Positions 1-13,399 are shown, counted from the first letter of the stretch. The stretch is DNA of 64,000 nt from Isurus oxyrinchus (GCA_026770705.1 JANJGN010000034.1:6448001-6512000), one strand, 5' to 3'. Notes: generated by a model from the sequence alone, not told the origin. Numbers and translations are program-made.

Positions 1-1886
1 CACGGCAGCCATGCTTTTAAATGATCGCGTACCATGCGTCAGGAGTTGTGCACAGTGCAATAGCACACATAACAGTTTCAAAATATGGTTTAGAAGACAT
101 GAACGGAGTTGAGGGAAAAGAGCTGTATGCCTTGTACTCAATCGTCACTTCAGCCATTCAGTGAAATCATGATTGGATTGTAACCCAATCCTTTCAGGTA
201 ATCTCATTACTTTGCAGAATAAAAACAAAGAATGATTCATTCCCAGGTTTACAATTTAGTCTGTTTGAGCATTAGCTGTATCTCTACAAAACGAGCTCCA
301 TAAACCTAAAACAAATGTTGTTGATGATTAGCATTTGTGTTTTTTTCTTTCTTTATTTTAACTCAGTATGATCGTGGTTCCATTGTTTTTCTTTAATTTT
401 GTGAGGCATTTTTGAGGGAGTCAATGTGGACCCTTTACAATATGTAAAGGGTCCGTAATCCATTTCCGGGCCGCTGGGCGCCAAACGACCATCTCTCGAC
501 CTTATTGGACTGAGACCATCACGGTAATACATTTTTCCTTTCTGTTGTGTGCACTTGTCTAAATTCACTTTAGCTGCTTCTAAGATGCAGACCTCACGAC
601 TCCATCTGAGAATCAATTCCCCAACACGGTTAATTGTTCTACCTCATGATTTTCCAGCCTTGGGCTCTTGCACAAGTTGGGAAACTTTAGTCCCTCAGAT
701 CATATTAAATGGAAGAAGTATTTCTCATGAGGACACATTTCAAAAAATAGAAAAGCCAAAATTATAAAAATAAATTACTAATGATTAATGTGCGTTAAAT
801 CAACGTATAAATATTTGTTATTCTGTTTTTTACTAATCCCACACTTCGAACATCTAACTGTTTTCTTGCTGCTTTGCCTGGAGGTATATAAAATTGTGTT
901 TATCATAGTTCTTGATTACCGCCGAATCTATTGCCTGGCAATGGTGATGTTCAAAAGCTGCATACTACACCAAAACATATAAACTCAGTGAATCAATTCA
1001 GCTGACATTTCCTGTGCCGAGTATTTGAAGGAACTTTACAATTATTTCCTCTACACACCCCTATACTCAGAGCTCCCATCACCCTTTATGTATTTATCAA
1101 TTATTTTCTAAATCATATCACTAAATGAACTCTCACCACTGTTTATCATTTGAAATCTACATCACAAAACTCGTGTTCCCATAAGTTTAATGCAGAGCAG
1201 CATCCAGCTTAAAAAGGAAGTCATTTGAATGTAAAAAAAAAATTCTGGGTTGTTTTGGAGAATCATTCCAATCAGTCGGACACCGTAGAATTTTCCTCTA
1301 AAGCTGGCATTTTCCAATTCCAGCTTTTTTTTTCAAACTAACGATTGAATTGAGTCCAACCAACGTTTTCAACTGTCCAGTCCTCCATTTTCTCCCTGCA
1401 ATGTCACAAACGGGTGGCGAATTTGTTTTCTTTCCAGGAGCTTTATGCTCATTGAAACAGAGACATAAATACTTCAGTTATAAAATAAAATCTGCAGCCA
1501 TTCATATGGAGCTCCCGTTTCTTTTCATCCTTTTTACAGCACGTCAAGTGAGCAAGGTCGACCCTTGAAGTGAGTGGACACAGGGCAACTGTTCTGCCAA
1601 AGTGAATTCACTCAGTGTGAAAATAATGTTCACATGGTGGAGTCCTGAACCTAAAAACTGCATCCCTGACGCCAGGGTATATTTTCAATGGACCCCATTC
1701 TGGACATGCTTTACCAGGCCATTATTCAACCTGTCATTTCGTTCAGCATCATCCTCATTATCGACAAAGGGGAAAAAAAAAACTGCCATTGGTGAAAGAG
1801 AAACATCCACTGATATGGAAGTGAAAGGACCAAGTAAAACACATGATAACTGCTTCTGCCCAGGGCTGTACAACGCGACTAGAAAT

Positions 1887-3020
1887 AAACATATATACGA
1901 ACATTTAACGTACGAATTAGGAGCAGGAGTACGCCAGAGGCCCGTCCAGCCTGTTCTGCCATTCGATAAGTTTATGGGTGAACTGATTGTAACCTAAACC
2001 CCAAACTCCTCCATACCAGCATGGTTTACAACCTGTCATTAATCAGTAATCTATCAAGATCTGCCTTAAATATATTCAAAATAAATAATTTCACCGGTTT
2101 TTGTGGAAAAAAAAACGAATGCATGACTTCCCTATGAGAGACAAAAAAAACATCCGCATATCTGTCCCAAATTGGCGCACATTATTTTTAAACTGTGATT
2201 CCACTTCAAGAATCTCCCACAAGAGTAAACATACTCTACACATCCACTCTGGCAGTGCCATTCAGCATGTTACCAATTTCAAACAAGTTGCGACTTACTC
2301 TTCTAAATCCCAGTGGATACATGCCTCCAGTGTCCAACATTTTATTCTTAAAAAGAAACACGCCCATTCCTGGTGTTGGGCTAGCATACGTACTCTGAAC
2401 TTCTTTTAATGGATTTCAATGTATTCCTTAAATAAGGAGACCAGTACTGGACACAATACCACATGTATGGACTCACTACTGCCCTGTACAGCTAAAACAT
2501 AAGCACCCTGCATTTGTAATCAATGTACCTCACAATTAATTGCAGCGTCCTTCTAGCTTTCCTAATTACTCGTCGAGCCCATTTACCAGACTTTTGTTGT
2601 TAATGCACTAGGACACGCTGAGTTCTAAAACTCTGAAATCTATCAGCATTTCCATAATCAGCTTCATATTATTAATGCCGCCAAAATGGACGATTTTACG
2701 CTTGTTCATGTTGCGCTCCATTTGCCGGACCTTTGTTCACTCACTTATTAAATGTCAAATAGCAATCTACTATTGTCCGCTTCACAACTTACTTTCCAAC
2801 CTACCTCTGTGTCATAAGCAAGTTTAGGGACCATTCCATCGGCCCATTCATCCAAGTGATGAATATAAATTGTACGAAGCTGAGGCCCCTGCATTGTTCT
2901 ATGTAGCAAACCACTCGACACATCGAATCAAACAGGAAAAGTTCAATTTAAGCCAATTCTATGCGTCTCGTCAGTTAGGCAATTTGATATCAATGTCGAC
3001 ATGTTACCTTTTACAACACT
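1887..3020 (-). mobile_element. Decayed CR1 LINE, RT C-terminal half plus 3' end
   Basis: The + strand begins with the antisense CR1 3' terminus (gaattaggagcaggagtacgcc...cctgttctgccattcgataag). The minus strand near 2800-2830 reads SKLAYDTEVG, a degenerate SKFADDTKIG RT motif. Many stops. Confidence 0.8.
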
Positions 3021-3171
3021 ACCTAACTCCAGCTCTTCAATGAAGAAAATAAAGTGTAGCAACCATATTCCTGCCACTCAATACGGCATGTCAGGATTCG
3101 GGGAGACAGCAATCCGATCATGGTACAGGCTGGCCTCAATAGATACCTATGAATTGATATTCTAATGACGT

Positions 3172-3296
3172 GAATAATAATAATAGCAACAATAATCATA
3201 ATCCACATTAGTATTATTTTATTAGTAATAGTAGTGTTATTATTTTTTATTAGTAGCAGTAATAATAATATGATTATTATTATATTATGATTATAA
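3172..3296. repeat. Degenerate (TAA/TAG/TAT)n microsatellite
   Basis: aataataataatagcaacaataat...tagtaatagtagtgttattatt...aataataatatgattattattat. Confidence 0.85.
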
Positions 3297-3559
3297 TGGA
3301 ACAAAGGATTAGCTTCACATCGTTTCATAGTTGTCAATCAACACCCTTTTTTTCCGAAATTAACAACGTTGTCATTCCCTGACGGGCAGAGCCAGCTGTC
3401 CATTTTGAAAAGAAAACTTAAAGGAAAAATATCCATGGAAGCAGCTAATAACATTTTAAAGTTTTATATCAACTCCGCACATCCATAATCTGTTCTGAAG
3501 ACATCATACAAAGTGAGATATCACTGATTTTTCTCAGTGGTAACAAGGAAACTTCTGAG

Positions 3560-3700
3560 TAGCATACACAAATTTTGTGGATGCTGGAAATTTAATAAAA
3601 GCAGAAAATATGCTGGAGCAACTCAACAGGCTTGCCAATATCTTTGCAGGGAGAAACAGTGTTAACGTTTTTAAATCCCCTTGATTCCTCCTTAGAGCAT
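3560..3700 (-). mobile_element. Penelope-like element terminal repeat fragment
   Basis: gtggatgctggaaatt...gcagaaaatatgctggagcaactcaacagg...gggagaaacagtgttaacgttt is the reverse complement of the motif family seen at 4092-4235. Confidence 0.7.
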
Positions 3701-4091
3701 GCTGATTATTGTCGTGACAGTTTGACAATTAGAAAATAGCGATGTTTATACCTAGGAGTTCCATTTCCAAATTACTGACAATGTTTTGCTTGGTTTAAAC
3801 GTGAATTATAAATTTCATAGGAAACCAAAAAGACATGGTGGTGATCAGGTCGCTAGTAAGAGATTCTACCAAAATGTGTTATACTTGGCATTCGAAGGCA
3901 TTAAAGAACAGCTGGAAAGATTGGAATGTGCAAGCGGTTTGTACAAATGTGTGGGCGGTGACTGGGGAAATTGTTCTTTTTTTTTAATTTTGAAATCAAA
4001 TTTGAATTGAGCACTTTGAACATCATTAAACACCGATGTCCTTCCTCAAATGTGCATCCATAGCAAAGCTATTCAAGGATCAACTCCTCAG

Positions 4092-4235
4092 CATCAGTTC
4101 TGTTGAAGGGTCATGAGGACTCGAAACCTCAACCCTTTTCTTCTCCGCCATTGCTGCCACACCTGCTGAGTTTATCCAGGTAATTCTGTTCTTGTTTTGG
4201 ATTTCCAGCATCAGCACTTTTTTTTATGTTTTTAT
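4092..4235 (+). mobile_element. Penelope-like element terminal repeat with minimal hammerhead-like core
   Basis: cagttctgttgaagggtcatgaggactcgaaacctcaac...gctgccacacctgctgagtttatccagg...gatttccagcatc; recalled as a very common chondrichthyan PLE terminus. Confidence 0.75.
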
Positions 4236-4399
4236 CCTCTGCAACATTGTTTTGTTTGCAAAATATAACGTTTTACTGACCGCTAAATTCAATATGTTTT
4301 TCGATTTGCATGGAGTTGCGACTAATTGCTCCACTGTTCCCATTCATGGAGACTTTCAATTCTGTGGTCCAATGGAAAAGGTCGCCACCAGGCGAGAAA

Positions 4400-4818
4400 G
4401 GTTATGCCAAGATATGCAGAACAGTGCTTGTGCGATTTTGAGATACAGCTATCCATCTAGGCTGCATCAGCATTCAGCTATCTAACTACTATTGATAGTT
4501 CTCGTTTGAGAGTTGATACATTTCATGCAGCCTTGTTTTGCTTTGTGTTCTCAATGCAGCTACTATCAATGCCTTATTAATGCAATCGGGTAAACTGTTG
4601 GAATAAATTTTCACAGGCTTAAAGATTGCTTATCTAATCGAGGCTTTTTGTTTGATTAGCGTTATTTTTTTCCATAGCATCCATGATCATCACAATTAAA
4701 CAATTAGTTTGCCAATTTAATGACATCTGACTGTTTAGAGGTTAGTTTCAATTACGTAGCAGGGATGGACAATAAATATCGCCCCAGTCAGCGAAGTCCA
4801 CATCCCGTGAAAAAAGAA
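4400..4818 (+). mobile_element. 3' end remnant of a CR1/L2-clade LINE (second family)
   Basis: Ends in gcagggatggacaataaatatcgccccagtcagcgaagtccacatcccgtgaaaaaagaat. A related 3' tail appears antisense at 20805-20860. Confidence 0.6.
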
Positions 4819-6999
4819 TACTAAAAATAATAATGTTATATTATATATCAAATTATTATATTTATTATTATATCAAATATATCCAATTGCTCAAATTAAA
4901 AGGGGACTGAGTACATAATTAAACACAATGTAGTGTCTAGAATATGGCGAATTGGAAAGAGTCGTTAAAAGCATGATATTGTGATGGATCTCTTCAAATG
5001 TCACAGTTCCTGAGGTTCTATTCTATGCTGTGCAAACGGGCGAAATGTCATTCAGAGAGTATTGCAGGTGGCAGATATGACATAGCGCACTTTCCTCTAA
5101 TCCCCAAAATGAAGCTGATGAATTTTGATGCCTTATATTATATGATTCCCCCGCATATAAAACATAGGAATTTCTCTTGAATATCGGGCATGACTCAGCG
5201 ATTAAGTAACGCCATATAGCTACCTAAGAAATCTAAGTCAGTAACAGCATTGTGCGTCTCCACATCAAGTACTTCAATTTGAATTTCACGAAGTTATTTT
5301 CCAGTATCAGGTCATTCTGTTTACACAAATAAAAAAATATTCAGGCAGATTATACTCATGGCCACCTCCCTCTTTTCATTATTACAAAAATGAAATATTG
5401 CACATATTTGCAATCCAACAAAAGAAATGAAGCGTGATCAGGGCGGTTGGGTGTGTGCATTGAGAGTGGTACTATGGGGTGGTGGAGGGAACCTCGGCAG
5501 TTTGGACAGTATACGTGAAGAGGAAAAGAATAAACAATTTAAGTCATCAACATCTTGCATCAGAACATGATGAGAGTTTATGCCGATCTGTAATTTTAAT
5601 TGTTCATGATGCTCTCATTCTAGATTGCTTTACACATTGAGCACGATGCACAGACTTTAACAGATTAGTTGCAAGAAATCCGTTCCAGGCTGTTTTTTTT
5701 AAACAATCGTCGTGTCATGCCTATATAAGTTTGGAAGAATACGGTGAATTCAGAACTTCCTTACTCGCTGGAGATAGGTCTGTAAGCTATTTGAGGCAAT
5801 GGGCTTGGTTCTTTCCCTCCTCTATCAAATAACTCAGTGCAAAAGTCATTGGCAGCTTAAATAAGTGAGGTCATCGCATGCCAGCAGTGGACCTGTGATA
5901 TTCAGATACAAGAGGCATCACATAGTTATTTTTTCTATTGACAACAGAACAAATTGCTGTAGGAACATTCTTAGTCCATTATTAAGATTAAAAAACCGTG
6001 AAACTGAATTGCAAATCGAGACTGATCGAATCAAATCAGTGGCACGCAGGTCAGTCAACAACCAATTGAGTTCCTAAATTTACGTATATTAATGCGGCGA
6101 GCCAACATTGATAAATACCCGTTTTTATGGACTTCTTAAGCTATAAAAAGTTATGCAATTTAACGTAATAGAGTAATTGTTTGAATTTCCCCATTTTACA
6201 TATGTGCGCACGAGGTTATTGGAAACAGCCTAACGAATGTCTTCAAACTTAGCTGATGATTTGAACACATATATTTCAGTCTACTTAAAACAACATCATT
6301 GCGTGGTCATGTTCGACCTGCTAAATGATTAGCTGAAATGAGGCTTTGCTGGGCACGCATTGTTTGGAGGAAGATAAAAGGAACTACTCTGGGCGCAGTG
6401 GAAGTCTGGCCGTAGAGCGAGGGTGCAGTTGGGTTGAGGTTGTGCATCCTGAGAGGATGTGATACATTCCCCAGAGTGTATTTGTACTTGTAGAGAAACA
6501 AAAAAACAAATTTGATGAATTAAATTAAACGTGTGCCGCAACTGAATTAGGGTTAAAACCAAAAGATCATCTGTCATCCAACTTACCCCACGTTCTCCCC
6601 TCATGATGGCAATGAAATTGGATATCAAACTGCGGATACGTATGGGTTTTCCTGGACCAAAAATAAAGTCCTGCACTTCCACATTTAGGTGCTGCAGTTC
6701 CCTGATTGCATGATCTTCACCAGGGAAGCAAGTTGGGAATCAAGGTGTGTCGTGGGTCATCAAAGGCTTGCGAATGAGCAAGCGTTAACCTCGGCGAGGA
6801 GCAAAGGTGACGGGCGTCACGAGACTGTGCAAGGGGCCAGATTTCACCTCGACAAACAGCAAGACCAAACGGAACTTCATATGGCAACCAAGAGACTGAC
6901 AGTGCACCTGCAGAAGGAAGTACAGCATTGCTGCGGCTAAGGGGACGCAGACAGCGAGGGCTCACTTCATGAATGAGCTAAAGCATAGCGACTTCAAAA

Positions 7000-7790
7000 G
7001 GCGACACAAGGACAAAAATTGTTTTCTGAAAACAGCGAAGACAGTGGGTGACCCAAAGGTGGTTGAGAAAACGAGAATCCGCCTCGCAAAAAAGTGAAAG
7101 CAGAGGGCTTGGGTGCCTCTGCAATTGCTGCTGCCTGTCAGAAACAACGCTCAACGTTCTATAAGAAAAAGAAAACGATTTGACAACATGCGGTAGCAGA
7201 TATGTGATTGTCTGGTGAATATGATTTGGCTTTGTTTGTTCAAATTTCCGAACAGCTAATTCAGTGGTAACTGAAGAAAAACACTATCAGAAATAATAGT
7301 TTTGAAAATTGTAATGATTACGGAAAAAAAGGTTAATTAACCATTAAACAAGTAAGAAAAATATTAAATCAACACAAGATGTTGCTGCCAGTGCAGGTGA
7401 CCTTTTTCCAAGTGCAAAACATGGCTGCAAGTGTGATCCAGGGTAAAGTCAGAGGCGAGAAGAGCTTCAGCTCAGTGCCAGGGACGTAGATGCCAAGTTC
7501 TAGGCGCAGAGATCGATCAAGGTGAGGTAAAGTTTCCTCGATAATTTCCTTCAGGAAGCAGCCGCACCCTTTGGATAGCATTTATCTTAACTCGATCAAT
7601 GGATAGGAAGAGGAGGTTGTAACTGAGAATGAGGCCTCTTAAGACGTCGGAAAATATAGGTTTGTGGGAACATCAGTCTTTGCAGCTCTCCTTGGGTCGA
7701 GGCTCTTGCAGATGTAACGAATCGAATTGAAGGCTCCAAGGTCGATGAGAAAAAGTGCTGTGGCATAATTGTAAACGAAAACATTTAGCG
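7000..7790 (+). mobile_element. CR1 5' UTR and decayed ORF1 N-terminus
   Basis: The + frame at 7456-7572 reads REELQLSARDVDAKF*AQRSIKVR*SFLDNFLQEAAAPF, resembling the CR1 ORF1 coiled coil (LEELRLRV.ELEAEL..LR.IREGESYLD..FQEAVTP). It is preceded by an AT-rich leader. Confidence 0.6.
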
Positions 7791-8489
7791 AATTGAGGGA
7801 ATGGGAATATAACAGTATTGCTGGGCAGTATCATCCATGAGTTCATTCCACCTCATTCTTCTTTAAGTTATTTCTCTGGCTTTAGCATTTTCTAACTAAG
7901 GTGTTTCTAGGTTTTTTTTGGGCTATATTATTTCCATTTGCGAACCATAAGACTTGAAATGTATACTTGAATGTTCTGCTTGACATGCAATTCCCCAATC
8001 TACTGTGAAAGTTACTTTCGAATTTTCGTTTGTTGCAAAGTGGCTCTGTTAGTATTGGTTGAAAAGTGGGCTATTTAAAGACGATTTATTGTTTGTCCTA
8101 CCAACTCACACACTTAGAAAGTGTGAAGATGGTATGGAAGTTGCAAAATTATTTTGTATTTCCATTGACACAGATTGAAGTTGTGCATTTCTCTGCGTGT
8201 GCTTGTGAGAGACAGCGAGAGAGAGAGAGAAAAACGTGCTATTCCTGAAAATATGTAGTTTAAAATAATGGCATGGAAGGCTGGGGAATTGATTCTGTTT
8301 GAAATTAAAGGAAAGTTGTTTTATTCTGAGCCCGAATTAATTGGTGGAAATATCTGCCCGTCAACTGACAAATCTTGTAAAAGCTCTCAATCAAATCAAA
8401 AGCTCTGGTTATTTTTCAGAGAACAGGCTCCTTGAGCCTCTGCAGTCTCTGAACTGTAGGTATATCCCGATTGTTGTTAAAAAAGGGAT

Positions 8490-10625
8490 TTCCCCTATTC
8501 GGACCCAGCAACAGTTAAGCAATGGTGGAGTATGTCCAAAGCAGGATCATGACTCATTTTGAGGGCAACTTCCAGTTTCGTCACTTTCCTATCTATCTGC
8601 TGCTCTTGCCCTTTTAGATGGTAGTGGGCATGGGCGTAGAAGGTGCTTGCGGAGGAGATTGATAAATTACTGCAGTGCATCTTGTAGATACACTCCTGCG
8701 ACCGTGCTTGGGTGGTGGAACGTTTGAATGCTACTTGATGTGATGCCAGTCAAGCAGCCTGCATTGTACTGAACAGTGTCAAGCTTCTTGAGTATTGTGG
8801 GGGCTGACCTCATCCAGAGAATTTGGGTGTGTTCCATCACACTCCTGACTTGTGCCTTGGCCTCAGGAGGTGAATTAATGGTCGCAGCATTCTTAGCCTC
8901 TGAACTGCTCTTGTAACCACATTACGTATATCGCTGAACCAGTTCAGTTTCTGGTGAATAGTCACCCCCAGAATCATGATAGTGGGGTTCACAGTGATGT
9001 TAATGGAATTAAACGTGAAACGGTCGTGGTTGGATTCTCTCTGGTTAAAGACAGTCATTCTCTGGCATTTGTGTAGGTGAATATTACTTGCCATTAGTCA
9101 GTGCAAGCCTGGAGAATATCCAAAAATTGCGGTCTTCGTATAAGGACTGTTGCGGTATCTGAGAAGTTGAAAATGGTGCTGAACATTGTGCAATCATTAG
9201 CGAACATTGGCACCTCTGACGTTATGCTGGAAGAAATGTATATAATGGAAAATGTTTCGGCTGAGGAAACTGCCCTGAGGAACACCTGCAGGGATGTCCT
9301 GGAGCTCAGCTGCCAAACTTCCAACAGCAACAAAAACCTTCCTTTGTGCTACGTTTTGCTGCAAACACTAAAGAGCCGCCCTACACCCCCCCCCCCCCAC
9401 CCCCCCAACCCCAAAATTACATCGACTCCAGTTTTGCTGCGGCACCTTGATGCCACACAGGTTAAAATGTGGCTGTTATTATTAGGGTGGTTACTCTGAC
9501 CTAACCACGGGGGTTCAGCTCTTCTGTCCATATTTGAAACAAACTGCAATGACGTTAGGAATTTGGTGGCTCTGGCTTTACCCAAACTGAACTTCAGCAA
9601 GCAGCTTATTGCTAACCAAGTGCCACTTGATAGCGCTGTATATGACATATTCCAAAATTTTTCCGGTGATCGATAGTACAGTGAGGGGGCTGAACTTGGC
9701 CAGGTGGGATTTCTCTTGCATTTTTCTGTCCAGGACACACCTGGGCAATGTTCCATATAGCCTGCAATCAGTGTTTAGCTGTACTGGATAAGCTATTCCA
9801 ATGGAATGGTAAGTCTAGGAGCATTTGTCCTCAGTACTATTGCCGGAGTATTGTCATAACCCAAAGCCTTTGCATCATCCAGTGCCTTCAGCTGTTCCTT
9901 GATATCTCTGGAAATGAATCGACTTGGGTTAATACAAGCATCTGTCGTACTGGGGGTATTCGGAGATGATGGAGATATATCATCCACTGTGCACTTCTGG
10001 CTGGATATTGTAGCTTCAGCCATATTGTTTGCATTGATGGCTGGTCTCTCCATCATTGAGGATGCAGCTAATTGTGGAGCCCCCTCCCCCAATAAGCAGT
10101 TTCATTGTCCACCACCTTTAGCGACTGGATTTGCAGGATGGCATATCTTAGATATGATTCCTGTGTTGTTGAATTGGTTACCTCTGTCTGTGGAATGCTG
10201 GATGACACGCAAATAGTCCTGTGTTATAGTTTCACCAAGTTGACACCTAAATTTCAGCTATGCCTTGTGCAAGCCCTAGCATGGCCTCCTGCATTCTTCA
10301 TTGTGCCTGGGTTGTTCCCTAGCTCTATGTAACAGAAGACTGGGAAATATGCGGGTTCACAAGGCTACAGATTATGTTCAAGTACAATTCTGCTGCTGCG
10401 AATGGCCCTTAGGCCCTCATGGATGCCCAGCATTGAATTGCTTGATCTGTTGGAAAACTCTCATATTTGGAAAGGTGGCAATGCCACACAAAATGATGGA
10501 GGGTACCGCCAATGTGAAGGCGGAACTTCAGCTACAAAAGGACTTTGCAGTGGTCTCTCCTACCGATGCAGTCATGGACAGATGCATCTGCGCCAGGTAG
10601 TTGGTAAGTACAAGGTCAAGAATCT
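8490..10625 (-). mobile_element. Decayed non-LTR retrotransposon ORF2 (reverse transcriptase), CR1/L2 clade
   Basis: Minus ORF pieces IKEQLKALDDAKALGYDNTPAIVLRTNAPRL (9793-10092), SEVPMFANDCTMFSTI (degenerate FADD motif, 9094-9333) and ILGVTIHQKLNWFSDIRNVVTRAVQRLRMLR (8837-9094) are in correct RT order, with frameshifts and stops. Confidence 0.9.
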
Positions 10626-11899
10626 GCCTTAATAACACCTCGGCAGGAATATTGACAACACGCAAATTAAGTGTCTTGGCAATTCTCACACGTAAAATAT
10701 ACCATTTTGAATACGTTAATGCTGCTGCTACTCCTTTGCGATAAATCTACATCCAGAAAATATCACACTATTGACATTATCCAGAGCGATTTGAATATCT
10801 AAATTGGTACATCGCCCGCTATATAATTTAACCTATTTACGAACCTGACTAAAACACAAAACTTTTCCATAGGTCCTTCCCCTACCGCTCTTCGTTTTCT
10901 GATTATTTTCTGTCATTTAAATCTCTCCTCACAGAAATTAGGCCGTTCCCTACGACTGAATTATTAGTAACTATGCAACACATGACTGAACGCTTTACCT
11001 TTGATTGTTCCACTTGAAATGTGATGTGCCCATCTCTCGGCAAATTTGCTTTTGAATGTGCATCGCTGTAACGTAGCTACATTAATTTTCCATATGGCAT
11101 GGGATTTCGGCAGAATATTAACTAAATTTCTCTTATCACTCACAGAAATGAAAAAGTGTGAAGAAGGTGAGGAAGTTACAAAATATTAAATTATGTTCGT
11201 CACTGTTGTTGTTGCATAGTCCGCAAGGGGTCAGTAACTAAGTTTAGGAGTGATGAACTAACGCTTCGCAGGATTGAAAAACTCAGAGAGATAGGGGGTT
11301 TGCTGGGGGTGAGAGCGAGACAGAAGCAGAGAGGGAGATGAGAGAGAGAGAGACAGATGCCCAGAAACCAGGGAACAAAAATTACACCGAAAGGCGACTC
11401 GTTACGTGGTAGCCAAATAAATCGAATTTAAAGGGTCCAAAGTCAAAGGGAATGTATTTGATGGCTGAGACCCCTGAAATTTTCAGAGATTTTCGATGTG
11501 ATGGATGAACTGCTGTCACATATTCCTGAAGTTTCGCCAAGCAGCCGCCCAATGTCTTGTCAGCGCAGACTCGTGAGTATAGTTTTGGTGTCACTGTTGT
11601 GGTGTTCTTTTTGTTCAGAATAATTGCTGGCAGAAAGTTTATTTTTCACTTCTACCATACAGAAGTTTGAAACGACGCAGGTAAGGGCTGATGGGCAGAG
11701 AGCATCAGGTCATATTTGTAACTAAATCTTGCCACATTACACTGACATATACGAATGATATTTATCAGTTTCCAGCAGCGACCGTTTTGACAATTACTTA
11801 GACGTTGTAGGATGGATATTGTGAGGGAAGTCAAAGACAACATCTTTGGCCTTTCAAGTAAATGATTCATTTTAGGGAGAAAACGGGCCTGCAGGAGGA

Positions 11900-12500
11900 G
11901 TGCAGGCAACGGAGCAAAAAAATAAAGCCCAAGTGAAGTTGGCATACGGCACATACCTTCAGGGAGAGTTGGAGAGAAAGGGACTTCTGAAGAATCATAA
12001 ATCGGAGTAGGCAAATAGACCAGCAGTTTGAAAGAAAATAAAGTCCTGACTTGAAGAGGAATCTTTAGCTTGATTGATTTCTGCAGGCTCCAATTAGGGA
12101 GCAGTGTGTAAAGCACTGTAAGTAAATATATATATATATACATCGTAAATATTCTAGACCCTTGCGCAGCGCATCCTGTTCGAGGAGATATGCCTCAGAG
12201 TCAATGAGATGGAGGCCTTGTTTTGGGAACTGTGATGTTCGGGGAGAGGGCACGTTTCCACAGTACTTTTTCCAGGTGGCACTCATATCCCATCGGATAA
12301 TTTTTGTATCGTTTTCAATGGTAGTAGACAGAAAGCTTTGAATGCAGTTCAGGTAGGTATTCATGTCGAGAAAGGAGATATGCTGGAGCATCAGACCTTG
12401 CAATTGACGAACAATTTCGAGATCCTTTCAGATTTAATGGATGAGAGCCGCTTTGTAACGTGAATGGGCGAAATGACAATGGTACAATCTCCCAAGGATC
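11900..12500 (+). mobile_element. CR1 5' UTR and ORF1 remnant
   Basis: The + frame from about 12155 reads TLAQRILFEEICLRVNEMEALFWEL*...LEHQTLQLTNNFEILSDLMDES, matching the CR1 ORF1 coiled coil and the PLQLSNRFEIL-type motif. Confidence 0.65.
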
Positions 12501-12737
12501 CATTCAAAAGGGCGGAAAAATAGGAATGTAGCGAGAGTAAGGATGCGAACAAATGGCTTGGCATTGGATTGCCTGATATGCCATCAAAGTTGTGAGCAAA
12601 CATAGATCTGTTATCACGTTTATTTAAATATTCAGTACGTTGCAATTGTTTCCTACAGACCTAGCAAACTGCCAGAGAGGTAAGGCAGAAGAAAATTACG
12701 TTTTGCAATTTCATGAGAAATTTGGAAGGGGAGTGAT

Positions 12738-12872
12738 TGAGTGTGTGTACGAGGGAGAGGGATAAGAAAGAGAGGTCGGGAATACGAGGGAAAGAGAGAG
12801 AGAGAGAGCGAGAGGGCGAGGGGAGAGAGAGAGAGAGAAAAAGACAGGAGACAGAGAAAGTGGGTGAGGGGA
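12738..12872. repeat. Compound (TG)/(GA)n microsatellite
   Basis: gagtgtgtgtacgagggagagggataagaaagagagg...gagagagagagagagcgagagggcgaggggagagagagagag. Confidence 0.9.
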
Positions 12873-13399
12873 AGTTTATTGAACCTTCTGGAGTTATATA
12901 TATAAGTATTCTGCGCTAGCTTGAAGCCAATTCTCTCCTTGATTACTTTGAGATGAGATAGCGAGGTGGTTCGAAAAAGGAAGTGTTCGCAGTGTTGTTT
13001 TGTTTTCACCGATAAGTCAATATTTCATGTGAAGCTAAATTCAGGCTTAATGATACTGCTCCACGACCCGTTTTTTTTTCCTTAAATAGAATTTAAGAAG
13101 ACTGAAGAAGGCAAAACCGGAAAGGAATTGATGAATTCTAGGATTTCTATGTGAGAATATACAAGATTGTCTGTTTGTGGGGATGAAGTTTGCAACTGGT
13201 TCATCGGAAATGCCACAGTAAGCCTGCATAAAATTAAAACTTTATGACTAAAGGTTGATCGAGAGATGCAATGAAAGGTAGAGAGAGAGAGGGAGAGAGA
13301 GAGAGTGAGAAGAGCATGTAAATCTACAATCGAGGGAAGGCACTAATAAAAAGCAAAGCTGCAGGTTTTACTGCTGTACGGTGGAATGACTCACGTACC

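Noticed and set aside
1420-1576. Polypyrimidine-AG acceptors and a gtgagt donor suggesting micro-exons
   Set aside because: Such signals are common by chance in AT-rich DNA, and there is no coding or homology support.
3023-3337. Hydrophobic 104-aa ORF, and similar ER/LS/HT/VC-repeat ORFs at 12.7, 22.9, 36.8 and 62.5 kb
   Set aside because: These are translations of microsatellites.
6941-7183. + frame GDADSEG...QKLFSENSEDSG*...ENENPPRKKVK, reminiscent of the papillomavirus E1 RRLF..EDSG motif plus an NLS (possible endogenous virus)
   Set aside because: Four in-frame stops and no downstream origin-binding or SF3 helicase motifs. It lies directly upstream of a CR1 ORF1, where a purine-rich 5' UTR is expected, so the resemblance is probably chance.
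11382-12645. Cluster of 62-163 aa minus-strand ORFs suggesting a gene or viral insert
   Set aside because: The + strand carries CR1 ORF1 motifs over much of it. The minus ORFs overlap in different frames and contain no recognisable domain.
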